DNA of 64,000 bases from Spirochaetia bacterium (GTDB lineage Bacteria > Spirochaetota > Spirochaetia > DSM-27196 > Salinispiraceae): NCBI GenBank assembly GCA_038204425.1, contig JBBRCZ010000011.1, positions 1-64,000 of the forward strand, given 5' to 3'. Below are positions 39,632 through 49,040 of this stretch, piece by piece. The stretch's first letter is position 1. Each line of letters opens with the position of its first letter. Under the pieces are notes generated by a model. It was given only the letters and a program-made list of their open reading frames with translations. It did no database searches and was not told the origin of the DNA. The position numbers were made by a program, and so were the translations under genes.

Positions 39632-40885
39632 ATGATCAAGATTCGTCTGCCGCTTCCATCGAGGACTCAGTTGGAGCAAGACTTTGGCGCTCATGTGCAA
39701 ACTCTCGAGCATCTGGCCTTTGAGCTACACAAAAGGATCAAACATTTGCTTTCTGACTCGGGTATTCAGGTTTCGATAAAGTATCGCGTCAAAAGCTTTG
39801 AATCCTACTACAAAAAAATTCTGCGACGGGTGAGTTCGCCACCCAGCGAAAATGACTGGTTTAGCATTACTGACTTGCTTGGAATAAGGCTTGTTTGTCC
39901 CTTTATTGCTGACATCCCCGTTGCCGAAAAAATATTGACTTCCAACTTTGAGGTAATCGAGCATGTCCGTAAGGGCGCTGAGTTTAGCTTTAAGGAATTT
40001 GGTTACGAGTCTTTGCATTATCTGATTACCCTTCCTCAGGACATCTCAGAGGGCTTTTTGCTACCAGATGGTTTGGTCTGCGAAGTTCAAATGCGCACCA
40101 TCTTGCAGGACGCCTGGGCAGAAGTTGAGCATGAACTAGTCTACAAAAGTGACTATACGCCCTTTGATGAGTCACTACGGCGCAAGCTCGCTGCCTTAAA
40201 CGCCAATCTTTCCTTGGCAGACATGGTGTTTCACGAGATTCGCGAGTATCAACGAGAGTTACAGCGTCAGCTCAAGAAACGGCGCAATGATTTTTGGGAT
40301 CTGGTTCGGCATAGTGAAAACGAACAAAAAGGAAAAGACCAAGTTCCGCTTCAATTGATGCGGCATGATGAAGATGGCCCCCAACTGAGTCAAGTTGCCA
40401 TGGGGCATGTGGACGTGGTTGATGGTCATTTACTGGGTGCCTTGTACGCTCACAACAATCATCGTTATGAAGAAGCGCTCGAACGTTACACTACCATTCT
40501 CAAGCTCAATCCAAGACCGGCTGTTAAGACCATAGTTTTAGTGCATCGTGGTATGGTGGCTTTTGCTCTGGGTGATTATGTTGATGCGATTCAAGATTTT
40601 GGACGCAGTCTCGATGGAGAAGGAGACCACCGCAAGGCCTACTACTACCGTGCTGTTGCGCATCGCCAAATGGGCGCCTTTACCGAAGCTCTCGATGACC
40701 TCAATCAGTGTTTGGCGATTGATCCTTATCAAGCCGAAGCCCTGCTCAGCCGCGGTCAAACCCTAGTCAAACTGGGTGACTACTCAGCTGCCTTACAAGA
40801 CGTTGATGCTGCAATCGCACTCAGGCCTTCAGATGAAGAAGCCCATAGATTTAGAGATCTAATAACCAACAAGCTCGGTGTTTAG
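39632..40885 (+). CDS. Small alarmone ((p)ppGpp) synthetase with C-terminal TPR repeats
   Basis: RVKSFESYYKK, DLLGIRL, GYESLHY, EVQMRTILQDAWAEVEH; about four TPR-like repeats. Confidence 0.9.
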   Translation: MIKIRLPLPSRTQLEQDFGAHVQTLEHLAFELHKRIKHLLSDSGIQVSIKYRVKSFESYYKKILRRVSSPPSENDWFSITDLLGIRLVCPFIADIPVAEKILTSNFEVIEHVRKGAEFSFKEFGYESLHYLITLPQDISEGFLLPDGLVCEVQMRTILQDAWAEVEHELVYKSDYTPFDESLRRKLAALNANLSLADMVFHEIREYQRELQRQLKKRRNDFWDLVRHSENEQKGKDQVPLQLMRHDEDGPQLSQVAMGHVDVVDGHLLGALYAHNNHRYEEALERYTTILKLNPRPAVKTIVLVHRGMVAFALGDYVDAIQDFGRSLDGEGDHRKAYYYRAVAHRQMGAFTEALDDLNQCLAIDPYQAEALLSRGQTLVKLGDYSAALQDVDAAIALRPSDEEAHRFRDLITNKLGV

Positions 40886-42309
40886 GGTAGGATTTCGAGT
40901 GAAAAGCGGGATCTAAGCGCAGTCCAGAGTTGGTCTACGGGGAAGTAGCGATTGCGACCTATCATCGAAACACCGTCGCCATAGCGCGCACTATTGTAAC
41001 CCCAGTCTGAGGGAATTGAATCATAGACGATGAAATATTTTCTATCCAAACTATATCCTTTTATAGCAATATAGTGGCCACCTTTGTCTTTGTAGTGTTG
41101 GCCAATTAGATCTTTCTGTGGATTCTGAGCCATTGCAACCCCGGCCATATCGTAACTTACCGCCAGCAAGTGGCCTCTATCAATTACATCAAAAATATCA
41201 GCAGGGGAGTTAAGGGTACGTTGTTGCCAAGAAACGCCATAGTAGTCGAGGGAATTTTGCATATCCTTAATCGTGATGGCACCAATGCCTTGCCAGCCTA
41301 TTAATTGACGGACGTCAATCACTTGCGTTTGAGTTCCCTTTGCCCAGCGAATCGCCATAGCGGTGACCGAGGGGCCACAATTAGAAGTGGTTTTAGTATT
41401 ATATTGAGTCAGGTACCAATTGATGTCTGGCCTGTCAACGTGTTTGCTTGGTACTGGACTAACGAACACGTGGTACTCACGACCGATCTCATTTACAATC
41501 AACATAAAGCCCGCAAGTTTTGCTTGCCAAACGTGGTAAGTGCCTACGGTGCCTTTGCTCTCAAGACTTTGCTCAAGTCCATCCGAACCCTTAAAGGTCT
41601 TTATCTCGCCTTCGATAGTAAACATGCCACCAATAGAAGGCACATTTAGATAGATGCTGCCCGGCGTATCTTCCTTGCCTCGCCCAAAGTCAGAAATAGG
41701 CAAGGATTCTTGAGACGGGCCAGAAGCACGCAAAGCAAGGCTGACTGCTTCCATTTCAGTGTTTGAAGAGGCAAGTGAAGCTGTGTTGGACTTGGAAGAA
41801 CCCGAAGCTTTTTTGTCGGACCCAGAATAAGCTGATCGCCGCACAGTTGAGGATAATTTGCTTTCTTTGCCGATACGCATTCCAGACACGCTATACACAG
41901 TTTCCAAAGGGGTGGAACTGGTCTCCACATTGCTTAAACCCTGGAACTCAACGTTGCCATTGCGGCTACCTTCGAGCTGTACGACATAGTTTCCACCTTG
42001 TAAGTAAACGCCAAATACCGTGTGACCACTGGCTAGTTGTCCGTTGCCTAAGTTCCACAAGTAATTAATACCTGCTTGCGGGTCGACAGAAAATTGAACA
42101 ATTGAATGAGCACCATCAAACCACTGGGTGGTTTTGATAGGCAAGTGACTCGCTTCAACGGCGCCAATACGAAGGTTGGGGTTTTCTAAGACACTTTGGC
42201 GCGCGCCATATTCGTAGAACAAGCCTATACCAAGTGAAAAAGCGATAAGGGCTGTCCAAAGACAAACTCCTGCCACCATTGCATACTTAATTTTGCTTGC
42301 TCTGCTCAT
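40882..42309 (-). CDS. Membrane-anchored PKD-like + C39-like cysteine peptidase
   Basis: N-terminal TM; YLWNLGNG PKD motif; QYN..SNCGPSVTAMA, GHYIAIKGY, VYDS (Cys-His-Asp). Confidence 0.7.
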   Translation of the reverse strand: MSRASKIKYAMVAGVCLWTALIAFSLGIGLFYEYGARQSVLENPNLRIGAVEASHLPIKTTQWFDGAHSIVQFSVDPQAGINYLWNLGNGQLASGHTVFGVYLQGGNYVVQLEGSRNGNVEFQGLSNVETSSTPLETVYSVSGMRIGKESKLSSTVRRSAYSGSDKKASGSSKSNTASLASSNTEMEAVSLALRASGPSQESLPISDFGRGKEDTPGSIYLNVPSIGGMFTIEGEIKTFKGSDGLEQSLESKGTVGTYHVWQAKLAGFMLIVNEIGREYHVFVSPVPSKHVDRPDINWYLTQYNTKTTSNCGPSVTAMAIRWAKGTQTQVIDVRQLIGWQGIGAITIKDMQNSLDYYGVSWQQRTLNSPADIFDVIDRGHLLAVSYDMAGVAMAQNPQKDLIGQHYKDKGGHYIAIKGYSLDRKYFIVYDSIPSDWGYNSARYGDGVSMIGRNRYFPVDQLWTALRSRFSLEILP

Positions 42310-42359
42310 GCCGGCATTTTACGCCATATTGTCTATAGTGACAAGGAGATAAGTAAAGG

Positions 42360-43007
42360 CTAAAGCGGAGGTTTTTTACGATCTTTGCCTGGAAATTCAA
42401 TAATTTTAGCTTTTCTGGACGATGTTGTGCTTGATTTTCCTGGTCGTTGATCTTTTGAGGCTGATTCGTTGCTATTTTGATCACCGTCTTGGCCCACATA
42501 AAAAGGGCGTTCGACTACAAAGTCAGGTTGTAAGCGCAGATTGTTGATGCCGTTTTCGGCAAAGTCTTCAAAATACTGGTTGATGTTGTCAAAATAGATT
42601 TTGTCTTTTTCTGATTCTGGTAGCCAGTTCCATTGTGCCTCGCTGCGTTGTTCGGCGATATCACGCATTGCCATTCTGTCTTCGAGCAGCTCCCAAAAGC
42701 TATATTCTTCGTACCATTCAACTATGCTGGCAAGTTCTTCTTCAATTTCTGGTTTGAGGATACCGGGTAGTTCACTTGCGAACATCGATTCTTCGGTATC
42801 GTTTTTTGCTGGCCCACTTAGTGCGTTGGGTCCGAGCGCATCAGCAGCACCAAACTCTTCCGCCATTGCGTATAACTGACTAGAAAGTTCGTGAATTCCG
42901 ATTACGGATTCTCCCTCATGTAGCTCGCTGCCGGCGCAGATGCGCTGTGATAGCCAAGCCATGCGTAACAGGGCTTTGTACTGGCGAGGTGTTAGTCTGA
43001 GTGTCAT
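42360..43007 (-). CDS. Hypothetical acidic protein
   Basis: 215-aa ORF, ATGA-coupled to the FTR-like gene; FWELL..RMA.RD, F.ENGI.NL. Confidence 0.7.
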   Translation of the reverse strand: MTLRLTPRQYKALLRMAWLSQRICAGSELHEGESVIGIHELSSQLYAMAEEFGAADALGPNALSGPAKNDTEESMFASELPGILKPEIEEELASIVEWYEEYSFWELLEDRMAMRDIAEQRSEAQWNWLPESEKDKIYFDNINQYFEDFAENGINNLRLQPDFVVERPFYVGQDGDQNSNESASKDQRPGKSSTTSSRKAKIIEFPGKDRKKPPL

Positions 43008-43360
43008 TGGTCTTGTTTCTCCACAGGTCTTCTTTCTGGTATGTCTTTGGGACTATCACCTATTCGTAACTCTTCTAAACGAGACTCGCTAACAAAGAGG
43101 CAGCAGAAGCACTGGCCATGTTCGTCTATATCGGCCTGGGCATAGGCACATGGGCAGACAATATCACTATCTGCCTTGCGGTCACCATCGCCATCTCGAC
43201 AAGGACACTGGAAAAAACCAAAGCGGTTATAGTTGGTACTCAGACCATTGACTATCAATTGCGTAAAATCAGAGTCAGGGTTTCTATGCCAAGAACGATG
43301 CTTGCAAACTGCCGTGACAAATTGATCGACGTCGCTCGGTTCTTTATGCTTGGCGTTCAT
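43004..43360 (-). CDS. Ferredoxin-thioredoxin reductase catalytic-subunit-like protein
   Basis: GL..N..RFG...CPCR, IVCPC, GQCFCCLF: the CPC/CPC/CxC Fe-S and disulfide pattern. Confidence 0.9.
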   Translation of the reverse strand: MNAKHKEPSDVDQFVTAVCKHRSWHRNPDSDFTQLIVNGLSTNYNRFGFFQCPCRDGDGDRKADSDIVCPCAYAQADIDEHGQCFCCLFVSESRLEELRIGDSPKDIPERRPVEKQDQ

Positions 43361-43677
43361 TGTTGGCTCAGGAAAGCTTGGTATTTTTCTTCGGAAAAGC
43401 CCGAGACCGACTTGGTTCCATTGAGTACCAGCAAGGGAAATACTGGGATATTGCCAAACGAAGCCTTTAGCTCCACCTTGAGCGCTTTTTTGGTTTCTAG
43501 TTCCATGTCGTCAAGAAAGATGTAGCTAAAGCTTAGCTTAGCTTTTTTGAGGTAGTCCTGTGCCTTTTCACAAAAAGCGCAGGTAGAAAGTGCATAAAGT
43601 GTCAGTTGGCGCCCTGCGTTTTGCTCATCTGCTTCGGCACTTATTACATGGTAGTCGACAGTATCAATTAGGCTCAT
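43357..43677 (-). CDS. Glutaredoxin/NrdH-like redoxin
   Basis: YALSTCAFCEKA, FPLLVLNG, SGF. Confidence 0.85.
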   Translation of the reverse strand: MSLIDTVDYHVISAEADEQNAGRQLTLYALSTCAFCEKAQDYLKKAKLSFSYIFLDDMELETKKALKVELKASFGNIPVFPLLVLNGTKSVSGFSEEKYQAFLSQQ

Positions 43678-44498
43678 GACACCTCCTCGTTCTCCAGATC
43701 ATCGGGTCCAAGTCTATCGAGTTCGCCAAGAATTTGCTGCAGTCGGTCTTGTAAACTGTTGAGAGTCTTTTCGATGCGACGTTTTTCGCTGGACAGCTTT
43801 TTGCGCGGATTTACGTCTTTAACTGAGGGACGTGTTTGCAATTGATGCTTTATTTGGTCGGCTGTTTGGCCAAGCTTAAATGCTTGTGTGGCTTCTGCGC
43901 GGGCCAGATTGTTTCTAATGCCGGCCAACGTTTTCATGTTTTCATAGCCGAGCTCTGGCGGCAGGTCAAGCGCCGTAATTTTCATGAGCGTGCTGGCGGT
44001 TTGTTTTGGCATGCGAAGTGCGCGTTCGATAAAGTCTTCAAAACGAGCATTGTGCTTGCGACAGAGCTTTTCGGCCTCCATCAGGCTGTGACCAAAGTCC
44101 TTCATCAGTTCACCATTTACCTTCATAAAATTTTCGCGAACATCTTGAGCCAAACTGCGTAGTTCGGCGACTGCATCCACCACGTTTAAATATACACCCT
44201 TTTGCTCGGCTATTTGCAATAGTTCATGAAATATACTACGAAACTCCACGGTATGAGCCCGGTTAGAGACTGGCTTGCCGGTTCGATATTGATGGACGTG
44301 ATGTGCAAACTCGTGAATGGCGGTGTACATCAGTTCGTTATCATTGTCAAAATTTCTATTGTGAATAATGATTTCGCGGGTTTCTGCGTGATAAAGCCCA
44401 TTTACCTTCTTGCTTTGCTTGCCCGAAAAAATGAGTGAAAATTCCTCAATGTCTTCCTGCAGGATTAGTAGTTTTTCTTTAATTTGTTCTTGATTCAT
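43674..44498 (-). CDS. Hypothetical protein with N-terminal HExxH (SprT-like) domain and C-terminal coiled coil
   Basis: NGLY, IIIHN, AIHEFAHH, AHTVEF. Confidence 0.7.
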   Translation of the reverse strand: MNQEQIKEKLLILQEDIEEFSLIFSGKQSKKVNGLYHAETREIIIHNRNFDNDNELMYTAIHEFAHHVHQYRTGKPVSNRAHTVEFRSIFHELLQIAEQKGVYLNVVDAVAELRSLAQDVRENFMKVNGELMKDFGHSLMEAEKLCRKHNARFEDFIERALRMPKQTASTLMKITALDLPPELGYENMKTLAGIRNNLARAEATQAFKLGQTADQIKHQLQTRPSVKDVNPRKKLSSEKRRIEKTLNSLQDRLQQILGELDRLGPDDLENEEVS

Positions 44499-44602
44499 GG
44501 ATTGATAGTATCCAAGCACTGAGGTCTGAGCAAGACGCTGCCACTAAGCTTGTGGGCAAAATCTCCGCAAAATATACTGCACTTTTTTAACTTATTATAA
44601 AC

Positions 44603-44654
44603 TTGCCTTAGTTATTGATTAATATTACCTTATTGATGACATTGGAGGTTATGT
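44603..44654 (+). promoter_or_regulatory. Putative sigma70 promoter/leader of lipoprotein 1 (duplicated before lipoprotein 2)
   Basis: TTGCCT-17-TACCTT-ATTGATGACA..GGAGGT; homologous to 46168-46219. Confidence 0.55.
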
Positions 44655-46064
44655 ATGTCAAGAGTTAATAATTCACCAAATCTGAGGGTTTTTTTGGTCC
44701 TGCTGACTATGTCTGCGGGTGTTTTCCTTGTGGGCTGTACGCTTACCTTGCCGAGTGAGGCCAGCTTGGATTTTGATCCGCAGAGCTTCCAAGAGGCGCT
44801 TGCCTCACGAAAGGTGAAAGCTGAAGAAGTGGATGTGGCCACCGTGCGAGCAATTCACCATGGTAGAGTGATCTCTTCGGCCACTTTTCGTTTGTCTGAT
44901 GGCGCTGTCAATTTAGAAGTGCCGACCGGCCTCGAGCTTGAGTTCGTACTCGAAGCAAAACTAAAAAAAACCGCAGATGGCATATCTAGCTGGGGATTTC
45001 ACAATATTGTGTATCTACCAAATACTACAGAACGATTCAAACTTGATGCGCCACTAAGGCCGTTGACAAGTTATGTTGTGGTGCCTAAACAAGGTAGTTA
45101 CCTCGTCTTTGACAAGTCTAATTCCGATCCAGACGCGTTAAAAAGTAGTGAGAATGGTCCCTTTGCGACCCCGATTGGCTACGATAAGTCGGCGCGCTTG
45201 CTTTCGTATATGGTAAAGCCTGGCAACAATCAGACCGTTGACTACCAGTACCTTGTTCCTGCAGTAAAAAAGCCCCTTACCGTTGCACTCCCGAATGCTC
45301 CAGCCACACAGTTGAGTATTCCAATCAATTCTTCACCTTCTTGGGACTTTAGCTCTTGGTTTGTTCTACAAAATAACAATGGCACCGTGTCTTTGTTAGA
45401 AACACCGCGCAACAATGCAAGCGGTCTACCAAGTAATGTTTCTAATTCGCTTGTTAACTCGAGAAACGAGCCATTTAATCTTGAAATTGTAGTGCCTAGC
45501 GCCGGTGGTGTTACGGTTGTGCCTGATTTGTCAGCTATGGTTGGTGACAGCGAGGGCTTTTGGTACCTTTCAGGGCGCTACAACTACACCGGGCAGAATC
45601 ACAAGCTCAATTTTGGCTTTGTATTAAAGTTGGAGGTAGTGCCAAGTGCGGGCAATAGCCTTGCTGCAAAATGGCGAGTGATCGATAGCTACCCAGAAAG
45701 CGTGCGATTTACTTATGATGCTCAACGACCCTATAGCAATGACATTCGCGCCAAAGATCTGCTGGTCAGAGGACCTTATCTTTATGTTTTGGATGCAGGA
45801 GTGGCAAGTTTATTTCCACTCCCAGTACGAGCTGCCAAACCTTTGCTGTATAGACTAGACAGAAAGTCTCTTAATCTAGATAGAACTAGTGAAAACTATA
45901 GTGCGGTGGTTAAGTCTCCGCAACGTTTTGTTAATCAGCATGGCTGGCTATTGACCGTTGAGTCAGTGTCTAAGCAAGACGACAATGGCAATATTTTTCA
46001 AGTTGGTTTTGACCTCGTAACTGATGCAGTTTGGTACGATTATGAAGTGCCTGACAATGACTAA
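44655..46064 (+). CDS. Lipoprotein, paralog 1 of a tandem family
   Basis: Lipobox LVG-C; family motifs ALASR, SWGFH, DAPLRPL, PIGY, SPSWDFSSW, FGFVLKL, YLYVLDAG, FQVGFDL. Confidence 0.85.
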   Translation: MSRVNNSPNLRVFLVLLTMSAGVFLVGCTLTLPSEASLDFDPQSFQEALASRKVKAEEVDVATVRAIHHGRVISSATFRLSDGAVNLEVPTGLELEFVLEAKLKKTADGISSWGFHNIVYLPNTTERFKLDAPLRPLTSYVVVPKQGSYLVFDKSNSDPDALKSSENGPFATPIGYDKSARLLSYMVKPGNNQTVDYQYLVPAVKKPLTVALPNAPATQLSIPINSSPSWDFSSWFVLQNNNGTVSLLETPRNNASGLPSNVSNSLVNSRNEPFNLEIVVPSAGGVTVVPDLSAMVGDSEGFWYLSGRYNYTGQNHKLNFGFVLKLEVVPSAGNSLAAKWRVIDSYPESVRFTYDAQRPYSNDIRAKDLLVRGPYLYVLDAGVASLFPLPVRAAKPLLYRLDRKSLNLDRTSENYSAVVKSPQRFVNQHGWLLTVESVSKQDDNGNIFQVGFDLVTDAVWYDYEVPDND

Positions 46065-46096
46065 CTGTTGAACTAACTGAAAAACTGGTTGTTGAT

Positions 46097-46127
46097 AGCT
46101 CTGCTGCTTGGCAGCAGAGCTTGTTTG
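46097..46127 (+). terminator. Intrinsic terminator between lipoproteins 1 and 2
   Basis: Perfect 11-bp stem AGCTCTGCTGC-TTG-GCAGCAGAGCT followed by TGTTTG. Confidence 0.75.
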
Positions 46128-46167
46128 TAACAAGCAAACTAAGCTGCTCATTTAACTTTACCTAGTC

Positions 46168-46219
46168 TTGCCTTTTCTGGCGTTTAACGTTACTCTATTG
46201 CTGACAAAGGAGGTAATGT
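46168..46219 (+). promoter_or_regulatory. Putative sigma70 promoter/leader of lipoprotein 2
   Basis: TTGCCT-17-TACTCT-ATTGCTGACA.AGGAGGT. Confidence 0.55.
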
Positions 46220-47635
46220 ATGTTAAGTGTAAATAATTTACCAAATCAGCGGTTTTTTTTGCTTGCGCTGACTATAATCTTGAGTGCTTTCGTTACTGCT
46301 TGTACCGTTTCTCTGCCAAGTAGTGCCAGCTTAGATTTTGATCCACAAAGCCTGCAACGAGCGCTTGCCTCGCGAAGCATAGTAGCTGATGAGGTGCAGA
46401 CTGCCACAGTACGAGCAATCTATAGAGGCAAAGTGCTGTCGATTAGCAAGTTTTTGTTGTCCGATGGCGGTGTTAAGTTGGAAGTGCCAACCAGCCTTGA
46501 GCTTGAGTTTGTACTTGAGGCAGAGCTAAAGAGTCCAAAGGATGGCATACGCAGCTGGGGTTTTCATGACATTGTCTATTTGCCAGCTGGCACCCAACGT
46601 TTTAAAATTGATGCGCCACTTAGACCATTGACTAGTGCTATTATAGTACCCGAAAAAGTGCGCTACTTCGTTTTTGACCAAGTTGGAGCTAAGCCACAAG
46701 TGCTGACCAGCAATGTAGAGCAGGGTCCGCTTGCAACTCCGATTGGCTACGATAGGTCTGCCCGACTGTTTTCTTTTGCCGTTTTAACCCCTATGACTCC
46801 ACTCTTTGACTACCAGTACCTTGTTCCTGCAGTAACCAAGCCATTTAAAGTTGAACTTCCAGGTGCCCCACAACAGCAAACAAGTGCCCCCGTCAATTTT
46901 TCGCCCTCTTGGGACTTTAGTTCTTGGTTTGTTCTGCAAAAGGACACAAGTAAGGGTGACGCTTCTTTACTGGAGCTACCCATCAATAAAGAAAGCACAC
47001 TGCCAAGTGCTCTATCAAAGTCGTTAGTAGACTCGAGGTACCAACCGTTTAGTCTCGCCATTAAAGTACCAACTGACGATGGCAAATCTACCCTTGAGAT
47101 TGCGCCTGATTTGCTGGCTATGGTTAGTGACAGCGAGGGCTTTTGGTACCTTTCAGGGCGCTACAACTACACCAAGCACAAGCTCAATTTTGGTTTTGTA
47201 CTCAAGTTGGAAGTGGTTCCAGGCCGCGGCTTAGATGCCAAATGGAAGGTGCTTACCAGCTATCCGGAAAAGTTGCAGTTTACGTTTGATGCCGAAATAC
47301 CGTACAAAAACGACGTTTTGGTCAAAGATCTGCTGGTCAGAGGACCTTATCTTTATGTTTTGGATGCAGGAGTGTCAAGTGCTTTCGGGCAAACGACAAA
47401 ACCAGCCATACCTATGCTCTATAGACTAGATAGAAAGTCACTAAATATTGATAGAATAAACGAAGCCTACAGCTCAGTTGTTAAGTCACCAGTTAGGTTT
47501 GTTAATCAACATGGCTGGCTTTTAACTGTTGCGTCAGAGTCAAACAAAGATGGCTTTGGCAATCTTTTTCAAGTTGGTTTTGACCTGCAAGCCGAAGCGA
47601 TTTGGAACGACTATGAAGTGCCTGCTGGCCAATAG
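46220..47635 (+). CDS. Lipoprotein, paralog 2
   Basis: Lipobox VTA-C; collinear with paralog 1 over its full length. Confidence 0.85.
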   Translation: MLSVNNLPNQRFFLLALTIILSAFVTACTVSLPSSASLDFDPQSLQRALASRSIVADEVQTATVRAIYRGKVLSISKFLLSDGGVKLEVPTSLELEFVLEAELKSPKDGIRSWGFHDIVYLPAGTQRFKIDAPLRPLTSAIIVPEKVRYFVFDQVGAKPQVLTSNVEQGPLATPIGYDRSARLFSFAVLTPMTPLFDYQYLVPAVTKPFKVELPGAPQQQTSAPVNFSPSWDFSSWFVLQKDTSKGDASLLELPINKESTLPSALSKSLVDSRYQPFSLAIKVPTDDGKSTLEIAPDLLAMVSDSEGFWYLSGRYNYTKHKLNFGFVLKLEVVPGRGLDAKWKVLTSYPEKLQFTFDAEIPYKNDVLVKDLLVRGPYLYVLDAGVSSAFGQTTKPAIPMLYRLDRKSLNIDRINEAYSSVVKSPVRFVNQHGWLLTVASESNKDGFGNLFQVGFDLQAEAIWNDYEVPAGQ

Positions 47636-47681
47636 TAGGCAGTGTTTCTGCATAGGCCGCATGGAATAATGTAGGAAAGAT

Positions 47682-49028
47682 ATGAAACTTTTATTTGCAG
47701 TAGGTCTTTTACTCATATTTGGATCTTGTACCATTGAGCAGCTTAACGAAGGACGGCTTTCATTTGATGCGCAAGAAATAGGCGACGCCCTCGCCAGTCG
47801 CGGCGTATTGGCAAGTCAAGTGAGCTCGGCGCGCGTGTCGGTCAGCAAAGCAGGCGCCATCATTGTGCAGAAGAACTTCTCGCTCAGTGATAGTCAAGTT
47901 ACGCTTGCTGTGCCAATAAGGCGAGACCTCGAGATTGTTGTAGAAGCTGTTTTGTCTATCCCTGTTAATGGCATACGAAGCTGGGGATTCCATGAAATCA
48001 TTGACGTTGACCGCGGTGGACAAACTATTACGCTCGATGCCCCGCTTAGACCCTTGGATACGGTAATTCTCCTACCAGGCTACGACAATTTTGAAGTACT
48101 TAATACCTTTGATGCTCAACCTATGGCAAAAACTACCAACTTGCCAAATGGACCTTTTGCTTTACCAATAGGCTATCTTCGTAATGGTGACGTCTTGTCA
48201 TGGTATGATGGTAATCTTAATCTGACGATAGTTGACGACGTAACTGGTACCCCAAGAACCGGAACAAGTATTACACCGGGTGGGTTTTATTCGGCTGCGT
48301 CACCTTCTTGGGATTTTTCGAGTTGGAACATATTAACAGGATTTGACGGTTTGGAGGCGTTTGTGCGTTATCCGGCCGTCAGTGAGGATCCGATGCCCAG
48401 CACTATTACTCAAAATCTTGTTAACTCAAACGGCAGTCCTTTTGACTTAAGAGTAATCACTACTTATGACGGTAATGGAGATCCAAATGCTATAACTTAT
48501 CCCTCTCTTTCTAGTTTGCTTGAGGGTAAAGATGGGTATTGGTACTTGGCTGGAAATGTCAGTTACTCTCAGAACTATGATTCCAACAGCTTTGGTTTTA
48601 TTCTGAAACTGAGAGTCAAGGCCGGTGCAAGTCGGAGTGACCCGTCAAGATGGCAGATAGTTGATAAATACCCAGCTGACCTGAGCTTTGCCTACGACCA
48701 GCAGGCTAACAACTACAACAATTCACTTAACGTTAGAGATCTCGTGCTACGAGGGAAGTACCTCTATGTTATCGATGCTGGCCGCCAAAGTGGTCAGGTA
48801 GCTGCAGTGCAACCTTCTCTATATAGGCTAGAAACGCAAGGGTTTGCAGCCAAACAAGCCAGTCATTCTTTTGCAAGCAATGTTTTTGAACCCTATGAAT
48901 TCGTAAGCCGGCACGGTTCGATTTTAACCATCAAGGGTGAACGCCAAAATGCCAAGGTATTGTTTCAGGTAAACTTTGACCTTCAAAGTGGTGCTCGGGC
49001 CAGGGTCTATGGTGTCAACGAAGAGTAA
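47682..49028 (+). CDS. Lipoprotein, paralog 3 (more divergent)
   Basis: Lipobox FGS-C; ALASR, SWGFH, DAPLRPL, SPSWDFSSW, FGFILKL, YLYVIDAG, FQVNFDL. Confidence 0.85.
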   Translation: MKLLFAVGLLLIFGSCTIEQLNEGRLSFDAQEIGDALASRGVLASQVSSARVSVSKAGAIIVQKNFSLSDSQVTLAVPIRRDLEIVVEAVLSIPVNGIRSWGFHEIIDVDRGGQTITLDAPLRPLDTVILLPGYDNFEVLNTFDAQPMAKTTNLPNGPFALPIGYLRNGDVLSWYDGNLNLTIVDDVTGTPRTGTSITPGGFYSAASPSWDFSSWNILTGFDGLEAFVRYPAVSEDPMPSTITQNLVNSNGSPFDLRVITTYDGNGDPNAITYPSLSSLLEGKDGYWYLAGNVSYSQNYDSNSFGFILKLRVKAGASRSDPSRWQIVDKYPADLSFAYDQQANNYNNSLNVRDLVLRGKYLYVIDAGRQSGQVAAVQPSLYRLETQGFAAKQASHSFASNVFEPYEFVSRHGSILTIKGERQNAKVLFQVNFDLQSGARARVYGVNEE

Positions 49029-49040
49029 AGTTGAGCGAAT

